A stretch of 64,000 nucleotides of DNA from Escherichia coli 042 (GTDB taxonomy: Bacteria > Pseudomonadota > Gammaproteobacteria > Enterobacterales > Enterobacteriaceae): NCBI RefSeq assembly GCF_000027125.1, contig NC_017626.1; one strand, 5' to 3'. The notes below the pieces were generated by a model. It worked only from the letters and a program-made list of their open reading frames with translations, did no database searches and was not told the DNA's origin. Shown here in pieces: positions 9,005 through 19,141 of the stretch. How positions within the stretch are numbered: position 1 is the stretch's first letter; each line of letters begins with the position of its first letter. Both the position numbers and the translations under genes were made by a program.

Positions 9005-11275
9005 TTACGCTTTCACACACATAACGTGGTAAATACCGTCAATAATTTCTGTCCCTTCTGTTTCGTGTTCAAATCCAGGGAAATGATGGTCCCAGGATTG
9101 CAGCGAGCGTAAATAACTTACTTGCGGACTGTTTTTATCGCCGAAGTTTTCACCAGACAGCAGCATCGGGATTCCTGGCGGATACGGGATAACTGAGTTT
9201 GCCGCGATGCGTCCTGGCAGATTTTCAATGGATACCAGTTCGACATTGTTGTCGACAATCGCGTTGTACGCTTCACGCGGGGTGATTTCCGCCACCGGCA
9301 GGCCGGAATAGGCTTCGTTCAACCGTGCGCCAGGGTTGTTTTCTTTCAGCCAGGCAAACATGGTGTCACCCAGATCGTGAATCCCCATGTTCGCGTAAGT
9401 GTCAGGATATTGTTCAACAAGTTCCGGCATCACCTGCGCCAGCGGTGTGTTGGCGTCATAGTGGCGTTTGAAGGAGCAAAGGGTGTTAACCAGAGTCCCC
9501 CATTTCCCACGGGTTATGCCCATAGAGAACAGGAACATGATTTGGAAGTCAGTGGTGCGGGTAGGCACAATGCCGTGGCGACCAAGCCAGGCAGTGACCA
9601 GCGCCGCCGGAACACCGGTTTCTTCCAGTTCACCATCTTCACCCATTCCCGGAGCAAGGATGCTGACTTTAATCGGGTCGAGCATACTCCAGTTATCCGG
9701 AATATCTTTGAAGCCGTGCCAGCTTTCGCCCGGATGCATGACCCAGCAGTCCTGAACGGTGGTCAGCAGTTTGGTTGGTGCGTCAGCAAAGTCATAGGTT
9801 TTGCCGGTTTGTGGGTCGGTGACGACTTCTTTGTTCCACGGTTTGAAGAACCAGCTACCGTCAGCGGTGAACTCTTTATACAGCCGCGCCATCGCCTGAC
9901 GGAAATCAACCGCTTCGTCGATCACTTCCTGGGTCAGTGACAGGCCGCTGTTGCCGTCCATCATCGACACTGCCACGTCGTTGGATGCACAGATGGCATA
10001 CAGCGGGGAGGTGGTGGCATGCATCATGTAGGCCTGGTTGAAGCGGGAGAAGTTAATCGCCCCACGACCTTCACGTACATGAATATAAGAGGCCTGTGAC
10101 AGTGCATTCAGTAGTTTGTGGGTGGAGTGGGTGGCGAAAACGGTAGGACCGTTGTGATCGCCAGGTTCGCCGCGCATGGCATAGTGATCGGCATAGATCG
10201 GGTTGAAACGTGCATAGCCGTACCAGGCTTCGTCAAAGTGCAGACGATCGGAGGTTTTTTCCAGCAGATCCTGCGCTTCTTTAGCGTTATAACACACGCC
10301 GTCATAGGTACAGTTGGTCACTACGCAGTAAGACGGTTTTTGCCCGGCTTTGTCTTTAGTCAGCGGGCTTTCACTGATTTTCTTCTGCAAGGTTTCAGGT
10401 TGCATTTCCTGCGGATAGATTGGCCCGATAATGCCGTAGCGGTTGCGGCTTGGCACCATGTAGACCGGTTTCGCGCCCGTCAGCATCAAGCCTTGTTCGA
10501 TGGATTTATGGCAGTTACGGTCAACGACCACGACATCGTTATCGGTCATGCAAGCCTGCATGATGGTGCGGTTAGAGCCGGAAGTACCGACGACTACCGA
10601 CCAGGAGCGATCGGCACCAAATACGCGTGCGGCATATTTTTCGCTTTCGCCAAATGCGCCAGTATGGTCAAGCAAAGAACCGAGGGAAGTTCGTTCGATG
10701 CCCATGTCGGTGCGGAACAGATTTTCACCATAGAAGTCATGGTAGAAACGTCCGGCGGGTGTTTTGGTAAAACCAACGCCACCCTGGTGGCCTGGCGCTG
10801 CCCAGGAATATTCATGGATGTCGCTATATTTCATCAGCGCGCTGAACAGTGGCGGCAACAGTTGCTGGCGGTAGCGGGTCATCGCGGCAACGGCGCGTCC
10901 GGCGATAAAGTCGGCGGTATCTTCCAGAATCCAGGCGAATTCATCGACAAGCTCCAGCAGATCCCGGTCCATTGCGGCGAGGGCTTTTTCCCGATCGCCC
11001 AACAGGAAGACCGGCACGTTTTGTTGGCGCTCATGAAGCTTACCGATCAATTGTCTGACGTTTTGATGTTCGTCCGGATGTTCCATTTGATAGCTGAACA
11101 TCAGGCAGTCAATGGCTTCGTTTGAAGAGAGAATGGCAAAACCATCATCAAAGGAGGTGGATTTAATCACGGTAACATTTTGCTGGCTTAAAGCATCTGC
11201 CAGACGCTCAACGGCGTTACCGACCCAGGTGTCTTGATGGAGAAACTCGCTTTCAACAATTAATACTTTCATCAT
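9005..11275 (-). CDS. adiA: AdiA biodegradative (acid-inducible) arginine decarboxylase
   Basis: 756-aa ORF, M(M)KVLIVESEFLHQDTWVGNAVERLADAL...; PLP fold-I Orn/Lys/Arg decarboxylase. The alternative second-codon ATG at 11272 gives the 755-aa K-12 form. Confidence 0.97.
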   Translation of the reverse strand: MMKVLIVESEFLHQDTWVGNAVERLADALSQQNVTVIKSTSFDDGFAILSSNEAIDCLMFSYQMEHPDEHQNVRQLIGKLHERQQNVPVFLLGDREKALAAMDRDLLELVDEFAWILEDTADFIAGRAVAAMTRYRQQLLPPLFSALMKYSDIHEYSWAAPGHQGGVGFTKTPAGRFYHDFYGENLFRTDMGIERTSLGSLLDHTGAFGESEKYAARVFGADRSWSVVVGTSGSNRTIMQACMTDNDVVVVDRNCHKSIEQGLMLTGAKPVYMVPSRNRYGIIGPIYPQEMQPETLQKKISESPLTKDKAGQKPSYCVVTNCTYDGVCYNAKEAQDLLEKTSDRLHFDEAWYGYARFNPIYADHYAMRGEPGDHNGPTVFATHSTHKLLNALSQASYIHVREGRGAINFSRFNQAYMMHATTSPLYAICASNDVAVSMMDGNSGLSLTQEVIDEAVDFRQAMARLYKEFTADGSWFFKPWNKEVVTDPQTGKTYDFADAPTKLLTTVQDCWVMHPGESWHGFKDIPDNWSMLDPIKVSILAPGMGEDGELEETGVPAALVTAWLGRHGIVPTRTTDFQIMFLFSMGITRGKWGTLVNTLCSFKRHYDANTPLAQVMPELVEQYPDTYANMGIHDLGDTMFAWLKENNPGARLNEAYSGLPVAEITPREAYNAIVDNNVELVSIENLPGRIAANSVIPYPPGIPMLLSGENFGDKNSPQVSYLRSLQSWDHHFPGFEHETEGTEIIDGIYHVMCVKA

Positions 11276-11470
11276 TGCTTACCCGGTTATGAAGGAATCT
11301 TCGTTGCGGGCAAGTATCTTCCGGCCTTTTCGGGCTGTAAAGCGCGTGAAAAACAAACATTTTTGAAATATTTGTTTTTATAAACAATATGTTATGTGAT
11401 TATTTTAAATTATTTTCACTGCTTATTATCGACGGCTAAACTATTTTTTTGGCTGATACTGATATCGTCT

Positions 11471-12379
11471 TTAGCCGGGAAACGTCTGGCGGCGCTGTTG
11501 GCTAAGTTTGCGGTATTGTTGCGGCGACATGCCGACATATTTGCCGAACGTGCTGTAAAAACGACTACTTGAACGAAAGCCTGCCGTCAGGGCAATATCG
11601 AGAATACTTTTATCGGTATCGCTCAGTAACGCGCGAACGTGGTTGATGCGCATCGCGGTTATGTACTGTTTCATCGTCAATTGCATGACCCGCTGGAATA
11701 TCCCCATTGCATAGTTGGCGTTAAGTTTGACGTGCTCAGCCACATCGTTGATGGTCAGCGCCTGATCATAGTTTTCGGCAATAAAGCCCAGCATCTGGCT
11801 AACATAAAATTGCGCATGGCGCGAGACGCTGTTTTTGTGTGTGCGCGAGGTTTTATTGACCAGAATCGGTTCCCAGCCAGAGAGGCTAAATCGCTTGAGC
11901 ATCAGGCCAATTTCATCAATGGCGAGCTGGCGAATTTGCTCGTTCGGACTGTTCAATTCCTGCTGCCAGCGGCGCACTTCAAACGGGCTAAGTTGCTGTG
12001 TGGCCAGTGATTTGATCACCATGCCGTGAGTGACGTGGTTAATCAGGTCTTTATCCAGCGGCCAGGAGAGAAACAGATGCATCGGCAGATTAAAAATCGC
12101 CATGCTCTGACAGGTTCCTGTATCTGTTAGTTGGTGCGGTGTACAGGCCCAGAACAGCGTGATATGACCCTGATTGATATTCACTTTTTCATTGTTGATC
12201 AGGTATTCCACATCGCCATCGAAAGGCACATTCACTTCGACCTGGCCATGCCAGTGGCTGGTGGGCATGATATGCGGTGCGCGAAACTCAATCTCCATCC
12301 GCTGGTATTCCGAATACAGCGACAGCGGGCTGCGGGTCTGTTTTTCGTCGCTGCTGCACATAAACGTATCTGTATTCAT
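11471..12379 (-). CDS. melR: MelR AraC-family melibiose operon activator
   Basis: 302 aa, MNTDTFMCSSDEKQTRSPLSLYSEYQRMEIEF..., divergent from melA. Confidence 0.97.
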   Translation of the reverse strand: MNTDTFMCSSDEKQTRSPLSLYSEYQRMEIEFRAPHIMPTSHWHGQVEVNVPFDGDVEYLINNEKVNINQGHITLFWACTPHQLTDTGTCQSMAIFNLPMHLFLSWPLDKDLINHVTHGMVIKSLATQQLSPFEVRRWQQELNSPNEQIRQLAIDEIGLMLKRFSLSGWEPILVNKTSRTHKNSVSRHAQFYVSQMLGFIAENYDQALTINDVAEHVKLNANYAMGIFQRVMQLTMKQYITAMRINHVRALLSDTDKSILDIALTAGFRSSSRFYSTFGKYVGMSPQQYRKLSQQRRQTFPG

Positions 12380-12528
12380 GGATGGCTCTCTTTCCTGGAA
12401 TATCAGAATTATGGCAGGAGTGAGGGAGGATGACTGCGAGTGGGAGCACGGTTTTCACCCTCTTCCCACAGCGGCGAGGGGAGCGTCCGAGCATCATGAG
12501 GCCGAAAACTCTGCTTTTCAGGTAACTT

Positions 12529-12584
12529 ATTCCCATAAACTCAGATTTATTGATGCTTCACGTAGGATCTGAGTTTATGGGAAT
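12529..12584. promoter_or_regulatory. MelR operator sites 1 and 2 of the melAB promoter
   Basis: Two 18-bp inverted copies, attcccataaactcagat (12529-12546) and atctgagtttatgggaat (12567-12584). Their centres are 38 bp apart, matching the published Site 1 (-100.5) / Site 2 (-62.5) spacing. Confidence 0.65.
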
Positions 12585-12661
12585 GCTCAACCTGGAAGCC
12601 GGAGGTTTTCTGCAGATTCGCCTGCCATGATGAAGTTATTCAAGCAAGCCAGGAGATCTGC

Positions 12662-14017
12662 ATGATGTCTGCACCCAAAATTACATTTATCGGCGCTGGT
12701 TCGACGATTTTCGTTAAAAATATTCTTGGTGATGTGTTCCATCGCGAGGCGCTGAAAACGGCGCATATTGCCCTGATGGACATTGATCCCACCCGCCTGG
12801 AAGAGTCGCATATTGTGGTGCGCAAGCTGATGGATTCAGCAGGGGCCAGCGGCAAAATCACCTGCCACACCCAACAGAAAGAAGCCTTACAGGATGCCGA
12901 TTTTGTCGTGGTGGCATTTCAGATTGGCGGTTATGAACCTTGCACGGTGACTGATTTCGAGGTCTGTAAGCGGCATGGTCTGGAACAAACCATTGCCGAT
13001 ACGTTGGGGCCGGGCGGTATTATGCGCGCGCTACGTACCATTCCGCATCTGTGGCAAATTTGCGAGGACATGACGGAAGTCTGCCCCGATGCCACCATGC
13101 TCAACTACGTTAACCCAATGGCGATGAATACCTGGGCGATGTATGCCCGCTATCCGCATATCAAACAGGTAGGGCTGTGCCATTCGGTGCAGGGAACGGC
13201 GGAAGAGCTGGCGCGTGACCTCAATATCGACCCGGCTACGCTGCGTTACCGTTGCGCAGGTATCAACCATATGGCGTTTTACCTGGAACTGGAGCGCAAA
13301 ACCGCCGACGGCAGTTACGTGAATCTCTACCCGGAACTGCTGGCGGCTTATGAAGCAGGGCAGGCACCGAAGCCGAATATTCATGGCAATACTCGCTGCC
13401 AGAATATTGTGCGCTATGAAATGTTCAAAAAGCTGGGCTACTTCGTCACGGAATCGTCAGAACATTTTGCTGAGTACACACCGTGGTTTATTAAGCCAGG
13501 TCGTGAGGATTTGATTGAGCGTTATAAAGTACCGCTGGATGAGTACCCGAAACGCTGCGTCGAGCAGCTGGCGAACTGGCATAAAGAGCTGGAGGAGTAT
13601 AAAAACGCCTCCCGGATTGATATTAAACCGTCACGGGAATATGCCAGCACAATCATGAACGCTATCTGGACTGGCGAGCCGAGTGTGATTTACGGCAACG
13701 TCCGTAACGATGTTTTGATTGATAACCTGCCACAAGGATGTTGCGTGGAAGTAGCCTGTCTGGTTGATGCTAATGGCATTCAGCCGACCAAAGTCGGTAC
13801 GCTACCTTCGCATCTGGCCGCTCTGATGCAAACCAACATCAACGTACAGACGCTGCTGACCGAAGCCATTCTTACGGAAAATCGCGACCGTGTTTACCAC
13901 GCCGCGATGATGGACCCGCATACTGCCGCCGTGCTGGGCATTGACGAAATATATGCTCTTGTTGACGACCTGATTGCTGCCCACGGCGACTGGCTGCCAG
14001 GCTGGTTGCACCGCTAA
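12662..14017 (+). CDS. melA: MelA alpha-galactosidase (GH4, NAD/Mn dependent)
   Basis: 451 aa, MMSAPKITFIGAGSTIFVKNILGD...GDWLPGWLHR*; full length as in K-12. Confidence 0.97.
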   Translation: MMSAPKITFIGAGSTIFVKNILGDVFHREALKTAHIALMDIDPTRLEESHIVVRKLMDSAGASGKITCHTQQKEALQDADFVVVAFQIGGYEPCTVTDFEVCKRHGLEQTIADTLGPGGIMRALRTIPHLWQICEDMTEVCPDATMLNYVNPMAMNTWAMYARYPHIKQVGLCHSVQGTAEELARDLNIDPATLRYRCAGINHMAFYLELERKTADGSYVNLYPELLAAYEAGQAPKPNIHGNTRCQNIVRYEMFKKLGYFVTESSEHFAEYTPWFIKPGREDLIERYKVPLDEYPKRCVEQLANWHKELEEYKNASRIDIKPSREYASTIMNAIWTGEPSVIYGNVRNDVLIDNLPQGCCVEVACLVDANGIQPTKVGTLPSHLAALMQTNINVQTLLTEAILTENRDRVYHAAMMDPHTAAVLGIDEIYALVDDLIAAHGDWLPGWLHR

Positions 14018-14664
14018 GGGGTTATCGCTTCCGGCGCTCTGGTTATCAAGCCAAAGCGCCGTAGCTGGCGGCAATGCAAGCGAGCGAGGAATATCACCGT
14101 CGTTAATGCGCCAAGCAGCGCGCAGAACATATCGGATTGCGTGTCCCACTGGTCGCCCTGGGTGCCGAGAAAATCATCCGCTCCCTGACCCATTGCCAGC
14201 GCCGCCCACCACTCGATTAATTCATACATCGCGCTTATCGCCAGCGCCACGCAACAGACCAGAAACGCCACCATTTTACGTCCGCGAACGTACATCCCGC
14301 GCACAAGGATCTCACGTGCCACCAGTGCAGGCACCAGCCCCTGGAAAAAATGCCCCAGCTTGTCATACGGATTACGGCTCAACCCCAGCCATTCCTGCAC
14401 CTCAAAACCAACGGGGACTTTCGCGTAGGTGTATTGTCCGCCGACCATCAGGATGATGGCGTGAAAGAAAATGAGCGTATAGAGCAGCGGCGTTAACGGA
14501 TAACGTCTGGCGGTGGCAAGCAGTAGCGGCACGACAATAATCACCGGTGTCACTTCCATCAGCCAGGTGAGTTTGTCATGGGCCGAAATGCCGGTATAAA
14601 TCAGGATTAACGTTAGCGCCAGTGCGCCGGTGTTAAGAATTAACGGCTTGAGTGTGCGGGTCAT
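14014..14664 (-). CDS. yjdF: YjdF inner-membrane protein (DUF2238), 3' end altered at a deletion junction
   Basis: 216 aa, MTRTLKPLILNTGALALTLILIYTG...; multi-TM. As I recall, K-12 YjdF is about 209 aa. Here the tail ...RRFGLIT-RAPEAITP* runs into melA, and the two stop codons overlap (14014-14017). Confidence 0.85.
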   Translation of the reverse strand: MTRTLKPLILNTGALALTLILIYTGISAHDKLTWLMEVTPVIIVVPLLLATARRYPLTPLLYTLIFFHAIILMVGGQYTYAKVPVGFEVQEWLGLSRNPYDKLGHFFQGLVPALVAREILVRGMYVRGRKMVAFLVCCVALAISAMYELIEWWAALAMGQGADDFLGTQGDQWDTQSDMFCALLGALTTVIFLARLHCRQLRRFGLITRAPEAITP

Positions 14665-14750
14665 GGTGAGTTCGCAAGTCAGGGAAAATACTGACTATTC
14701 ACCAGCAAGCGTGAAATTACAATCGTAAAAGAGGTGGCCCAGGGGGATCA

Positions 14751-14770
14751 CCTGGCAGCATGCTGCCAGG
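14751..14770 (-). terminator. Perfect 20-bp palindrome downstream of fumB (possible terminator or stabiliser)
   Basis: cctggcagca|tgctgccagg lies 17 nt downstream of the fumB stop. No clear T-run follows, so function is uncertain. Confidence 0.3.
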
Positions 14771-14786
14771 CGCTGGGCCGAAGAGG

Positions 14787-16433
14787 TTACTTAGTGCAGT
14801 TCGCGCACTGTTTGTTGACGATTTGCTGGAAGAAGTCGTTACCTTTGTCATCGACCAGGATAAACGCCGGGAAATCTTCTACTTCGATTTTCCAGATAGC
14901 TTCCATACCCAGCTCTGGATAAGCGACGCATTCCAGATGCTTGATGCTCTGCTGCGCCAGTACCGCCGCCGGACCGCCGATGCTACCGAGGTAGAAGCCG
15001 CCGTGTTTATGACACGCGTCGGTAACCTGCTGACTGCGGTTACCTTTCGCCAGCATGATCATGCTGCCGCCGTGGGATTGCAGCAGATCCACGTAGGAGT
15101 CCATACGACCTGCGGTAGTTGGGCCAAGTGAACCTGATGGATAACCGGCAGGGGTTTTCGCCGGACCCGCGTAGTAGATCGGGTGATCTTTGATGTACTG
15201 CGGAAGTTCTTTACCGGCGTCAATCAGCTCTTTCAGCTTGGCGTGTGCAATATCTCGACCCACAATAATGGTGCCGGTGAGCGACAAACGAGTGGAAACC
15301 GGATATTGCGAAAGCTGGGCGAGGATCTCTTTCATCGGGCGGTTAAGGTCGACCTTCACCGCTTCGCCTTCACCGGCCTGACGCAGTTCTTGTGGAATGT
15401 ACTGGCCTGGATTGTGTTCCAGTTTTTCGATCCAGATACCTTCGCGGTTGATTTTCGCTTTAATGTTACGGTCAGCGGAGCAGGAGACGCCCATGCCTAC
15501 CGGGCAGGATGCGCCGTGACGTGGCAGACGGATAACGCGAATGTCGTGCGCGAAGTATTTACCGCCAAACTGCGCGCCAAGACCGAGTTTCTGGGCCTCT
15601 TCCAGCAGTTCCTGTTCCAGCTGGACATCGCGGAACGCCTGACCATGTTCGTTCCCTTCCGTCGGCAGCTCATCATAATAGTGAGCGCTTGCTAACTTGA
15701 CGGTTTTCAGGTTGGTTTCCGCAGACGTACCGCCAATCACAAACGCGATATGGTACGGCGGGCAGGCTGCCGTACCGAGGGTACGCATTTTCTCAACGAG
15801 GAAGTTTTTCAGTTTGCCGGGAGTCAGCAGAGCTTTGGTTTCCTGGTAGAGATAGGTTTTGTTGGCAGAGCCGCCGCCTTTAGCGACACAGAGGAATTTG
15901 TACTCATCGCCATCTACCGCGTACAGGTCGATTTGCGCAGGCAGGTTAGTGCCGGTGTTGACCTCTTTGTACATGTCCAGCGCCGCATTCTGTGAATAGC
16001 GCAGGTTATCTTCGATATAGGTGTTATAGACGCCTTTCGACAGCGCTTCTTCATCACCGCCGCCGGTCCACACGCGCTGACCTTTTTTACCGACGATGAT
16101 CGCGGTGCCGGTGTCCTGGCAGGTCGGCAGCACGCCTTTGGCGGCGATTTCGGAGTTTCTTAAGAATTGCAGCGCCACGTACTTGTCGTTTTCGCTGGCT
16201 TCTGGATCTTGAAGAATAGCCGCGACCTGTTTCTGGTGTGCCGGGCGGAGCATGAAAGAAGCGTCGTGAAAGGCTTGCTGCGCCAGCAGAGTCAGGGCTT
16301 CTGGTTCCACTTTCAGGATGGTTTCACCGTCGAAGTCGGCAACGCTAACGTAATCGGAAGTGAGTAGATAGTATTCGGTATTGTCTTTCCCCATCGGGAA
16401 AGGTGCCTGGTAGATAAAGGGTTTGTTTGACAT
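14787..16433 (-). CDS. fumB: FumB class I (Fe-S) anaerobic fumarate hydratase
   Basis: 548 aa, [31 protein letters not shown]..., directly downstream of dcuB as in K-12. Confidence 0.97.
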   Translation of the reverse strand: MSNKPFIYQAPFPMGKDNTEYYLLTSDYVSVADFDGETILKVEPEALTLLAQQAFHDASFMLRPAHQKQVAAILQDPEASENDKYVALQFLRNSEIAAKGVLPTCQDTGTAIIVGKKGQRVWTGGGDEEALSKGVYNTYIEDNLRYSQNAALDMYKEVNTGTNLPAQIDLYAVDGDEYKFLCVAKGGGSANKTYLYQETKALLTPGKLKNFLVEKMRTLGTAACPPYHIAFVIGGTSAETNLKTVKLASAHYYDELPTEGNEHGQAFRDVQLEQELLEEAQKLGLGAQFGGKYFAHDIRVIRLPRHGASCPVGMGVSCSADRNIKAKINREGIWIEKLEHNPGQYIPQELRQAGEGEAVKVDLNRPMKEILAQLSQYPVSTRLSLTGTIIVGRDIAHAKLKELIDAGKELPQYIKDHPIYYAGPAKTPAGYPSGSLGPTTAGRMDSYVDLLQSHGGSMIMLAKGNRSQQVTDACHKHGGFYLGSIGGPAAVLAQQSIKHLECVAYPELGMEAIWKIEVEDFPAFILVDDKGNDFFQQIVNKQCANCTK

Positions 16434-16510
16434 AGCTTCCAGCCTGTAACTCTGTATTTGTTATTCGAAAATGGCGTGCCGCGTAGTGACGGGCGGCACG
16501 CAAAGTGCAT

Positions 16511-17851
16511 TTATAAGAACCCGTACATCGCGGCGAAGATCCAGCCGAAGACGCACGATACGCTCACACCAATCAACCCCGGCAGAATAAAGCTGTGGTT
16601 AATGACGAAGCGACCGATGTGGGTGGTGCCGGAACGGTCAAACTGAATCGCTGCCAGATCGCTCGGATAAGTCGGCAGGATGTAATAACCGTAGCAAGCC
16701 GGTGCTGAAGCCACGATGTATGCCGGATCAACGCCGATCGCCAGCGCGACCGGAACAATCGCCGCCAGCGCCGCAGCCTGAGAGTTTACAAACTTGGAAA
16801 CCAGCAGCAGAACAATGGCATAGGCCCACGGATACTCTTTCACCATTTCGCCCAGTACGCCCTGAATTTCAGACATATGTGCACCGAACATGGTTTCTGC
16901 CATCCATGCGATACCGTACACCGCCACGATGGCGATCATACCGGAACGGAAGACTTCGTTTTTTGAGATAGACGCGGGATTGGTTTTGGTCAGGATAATA
17001 ATCAGCGCCCCGGTCAGCAGCATAAACATCTGAATAACCAGTACCATCGACAGCGGTTTGCCACCGAAGGATGGACGCAGGTCCGAATCAGCACCAAGAA
17101 GGGCGACTACAGCGATTGCCCCGAGGAAAATCCACATTGCCAGCCAGTTGCTTTTCGGCAGTTTTTTATCCAGCAGCGTCGCGGTATCACCGTAAACATA
17201 CTCACGGTTTTCCGGTACGGAGATGAATTTCTGGAACTCTTCGTCTTTATCCAGATCTTTACCGCGGAACCAGCTGAAGATACCGATCGCCAGGATACCG
17301 ATTAACGTCGATGGAATGGTGATTGCCAGCAGGTCGAGGAACTCAAGATGGCGACCATCAAAGGTGACATTACCCAGCATCGCAACCAGAGACACGACTG
17401 CAACCGACACCGGACTGGCGATAATCCCCATCTGTGCACCAATAGAACTTGCCGCCATCGGACGTTCCGGACGGATATTGTTCTTAATAGCAACGTCGTA
17501 GATGATCGGCAGAATGGTGTAAACCACATGACCCGTACCGCAAAGAATGGTCAGCGTACAGGTCACAAACGGCGCGACAATTGAGACATATTTCGGGTTA
17601 CGGCGCAGCAGCTTCTCGGCAATTTGCAGCATGACATCAAGACCGCCCGAAGCTTGCAAGGTCGCCGATGCCGCCACCACCGCAATGATAACCAGCATGA
17701 CATCAACCGGTGGTTTACCTGGCTGAAGGTGGAAGACGAAGACCAGAATGACCAGACCGATACCGCCTAATAAACCCAGCGCGATACCACCCTTTCTGGC
17801 ACCATAAAACAGACATATCAGTATTATGATAAGTTGGATAGTAAATAACAT
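16511..17851 (-). CDS. dcuB: DcuB anaerobic C4-dicarboxylate antiporter
   Basis: 446 aa, [30 protein letters not shown]...; polytopic membrane protein. Confidence 0.97.
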
Positions 17852-18421
17852 GTGTGAACCCTCGCGATAATCCTATTTAAATTTTTGCTGAATAGATCAC
17901 AGTCACGTTCTGTTTTGTATGAACTGTTTTCAGAGCCTGACTAAATATCCGTTTGGTCGTTACCGGCTTGAGCAAATACCTCACAGTGAATATTGGCTGA
18001 TTAAAGCAGCGGCAAATTTATGCACTGTGATAAGCGGCTTTTTCAGAGAGAAAGACTCTCTGGCGATGGGTTTATAGTTTGTACAACGCAGATGTTAATG
18101 TTTTGTTTGCTTCTATCTTATTGATATTTATCGGTCTGTTTTTTGTTCTCAGGGCAGATGTCATTAGGTTTATAGATTAATCTGATCTACCCATTTGTGG
18201 GTAAAAATACACATAATGCGGGTGACATAATAGTTAATTAACTTTTGTTAGCGTTTTGAAATTAAAAACACCGTTCATCTGAAGAGATATTAATTTTTAA
18301 CGATGATGGAGGGATAATTATATTTGATCTGGCACAAGTTTTACTGATGAAGAATGTAACTTGTGCCAGGAATATTTTGCATTACAGTAATAATTATTAC
18401 TTACAGATAACCAGCGATCCG
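17852..18421 (-). promoter_or_regulatory. Long AT-rich dcuB regulatory region
   Basis: 570-bp ORF-free AT-rich interval between dcuR and dcuB. In K-12 this interval carries the DcuR/FNR/CRP/NarL-controlled dcuB promoter. Individual sites were not mapped here. Confidence 0.4.
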
Positions 18422-19141
18422 TTATTGGCAATATTGTTTCAGCAGTGAGTAGTGTTCTGCCTGAATTCGGTAACGGTAAACCGGACGCCCCGTTACGCCA
18501 TAATGGATACTGGTGAACAAGATGTGGCAGTTGACCAGCCAGATGAGGTATTTACGGCAGGAAACACGTGAGATGTTAACCTCGTTGGCCAGCTCGTCGG
18601 TTGAAAACTCATAGTCCTGATGCGCGTCAATCCACTGGCACAGCGTGCGTAACGTCTGCGGCGTTAAGCCTTTTGGCAAGCGACGAGGATCCTGTTCGTT
18701 GGAGCTGCTGCCGTGGATTAGCTGATCAAGCTCGGCCTGGTCATAATACTGATGTTTTTCCAGCGCCATTTTCTTTTGCCGCCAGCCGGTGAGCGCCTCT
18801 TCAAAGCGGGAAGCCTGGAAGGGTTTGATCAGGTAATCCACGACACCGTAATGCAGCGAATCTTTAATGGTTGCCGCATCGGCTGCGGAGGAGATGACAA
18901 TCACATCACTTTTGCAACGCGCGTTATGCAGGACAGGCAGTAAATCGAGCCCGTTCTCTTTTTGCATATAGATATCGAGCAATATCAGGTCGATAGGCGT
19001 ATCGCTATCGAAGATAATCTCTTTGGCTTTCTCCAGCGTCGAGGCTGTTCCACAGCATTGAAAGCCCGGGATTTGTGCCACGTATCGGCGATTCAGCTCC
19101 GCGACCATTGCGTCGTCATCGATAATTAATACATTGATCAT
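18422..19141 (-). CDS. dcuR: DcuR response regulator (CitB family)
   Basis: 239 aa, MINVLIIDDDAMVAELNRRYVAQIPGF...; overlaps the dcuS stop by 4 nt. Confidence 0.97.
   Translation of the reverse strand: MINVLIIDDDAMVAELNRRYVAQIPGFQCCGTASTLEKAKEIIFDSDTPIDLILLDIYMQKENGLDLLPVLHNARCKSDVIVISSAADAATIKDSLHYGVVDYLIKPFQASRFEEALTGWRQKKMALEKHQYYDQAELDQLIHGSSSNEQDPRRLPKGLTPQTLRTLCQWIDAHQDYEFSTDELANEVNISRVSCRKYLIWLVNCHILFTSIHYGVTGRPVYRYRIQAEHYSLLKQYCQ

Noticed and set aside
10118-11125. 335-aa plus-strand ORF inside adiA
   Set aside because: It lies entirely antisense to the strongly recognised adiA coding frame. It is a shadow ORF with no SD and a low-complexity, unfamiliar sequence.
12174-12572. 132-aa plus-strand ORF (and the 82-aa minus-strand ORF at 12288-12536) bridging melR and the melAB regulatory region
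   Set aside because: It overlaps the melR 5' end antisense and then runs through the well-characterised MelR/CRP operator region, so it is not coding.
13974-14456. 160-aa Pro/Arg-rich plus-strand ORF after melA, considered as a melB remnant
   Set aside because: The translation has no resemblance to the hydrophobic MelB symporter and lies antisense to yjdF. It is a shadow ORF.
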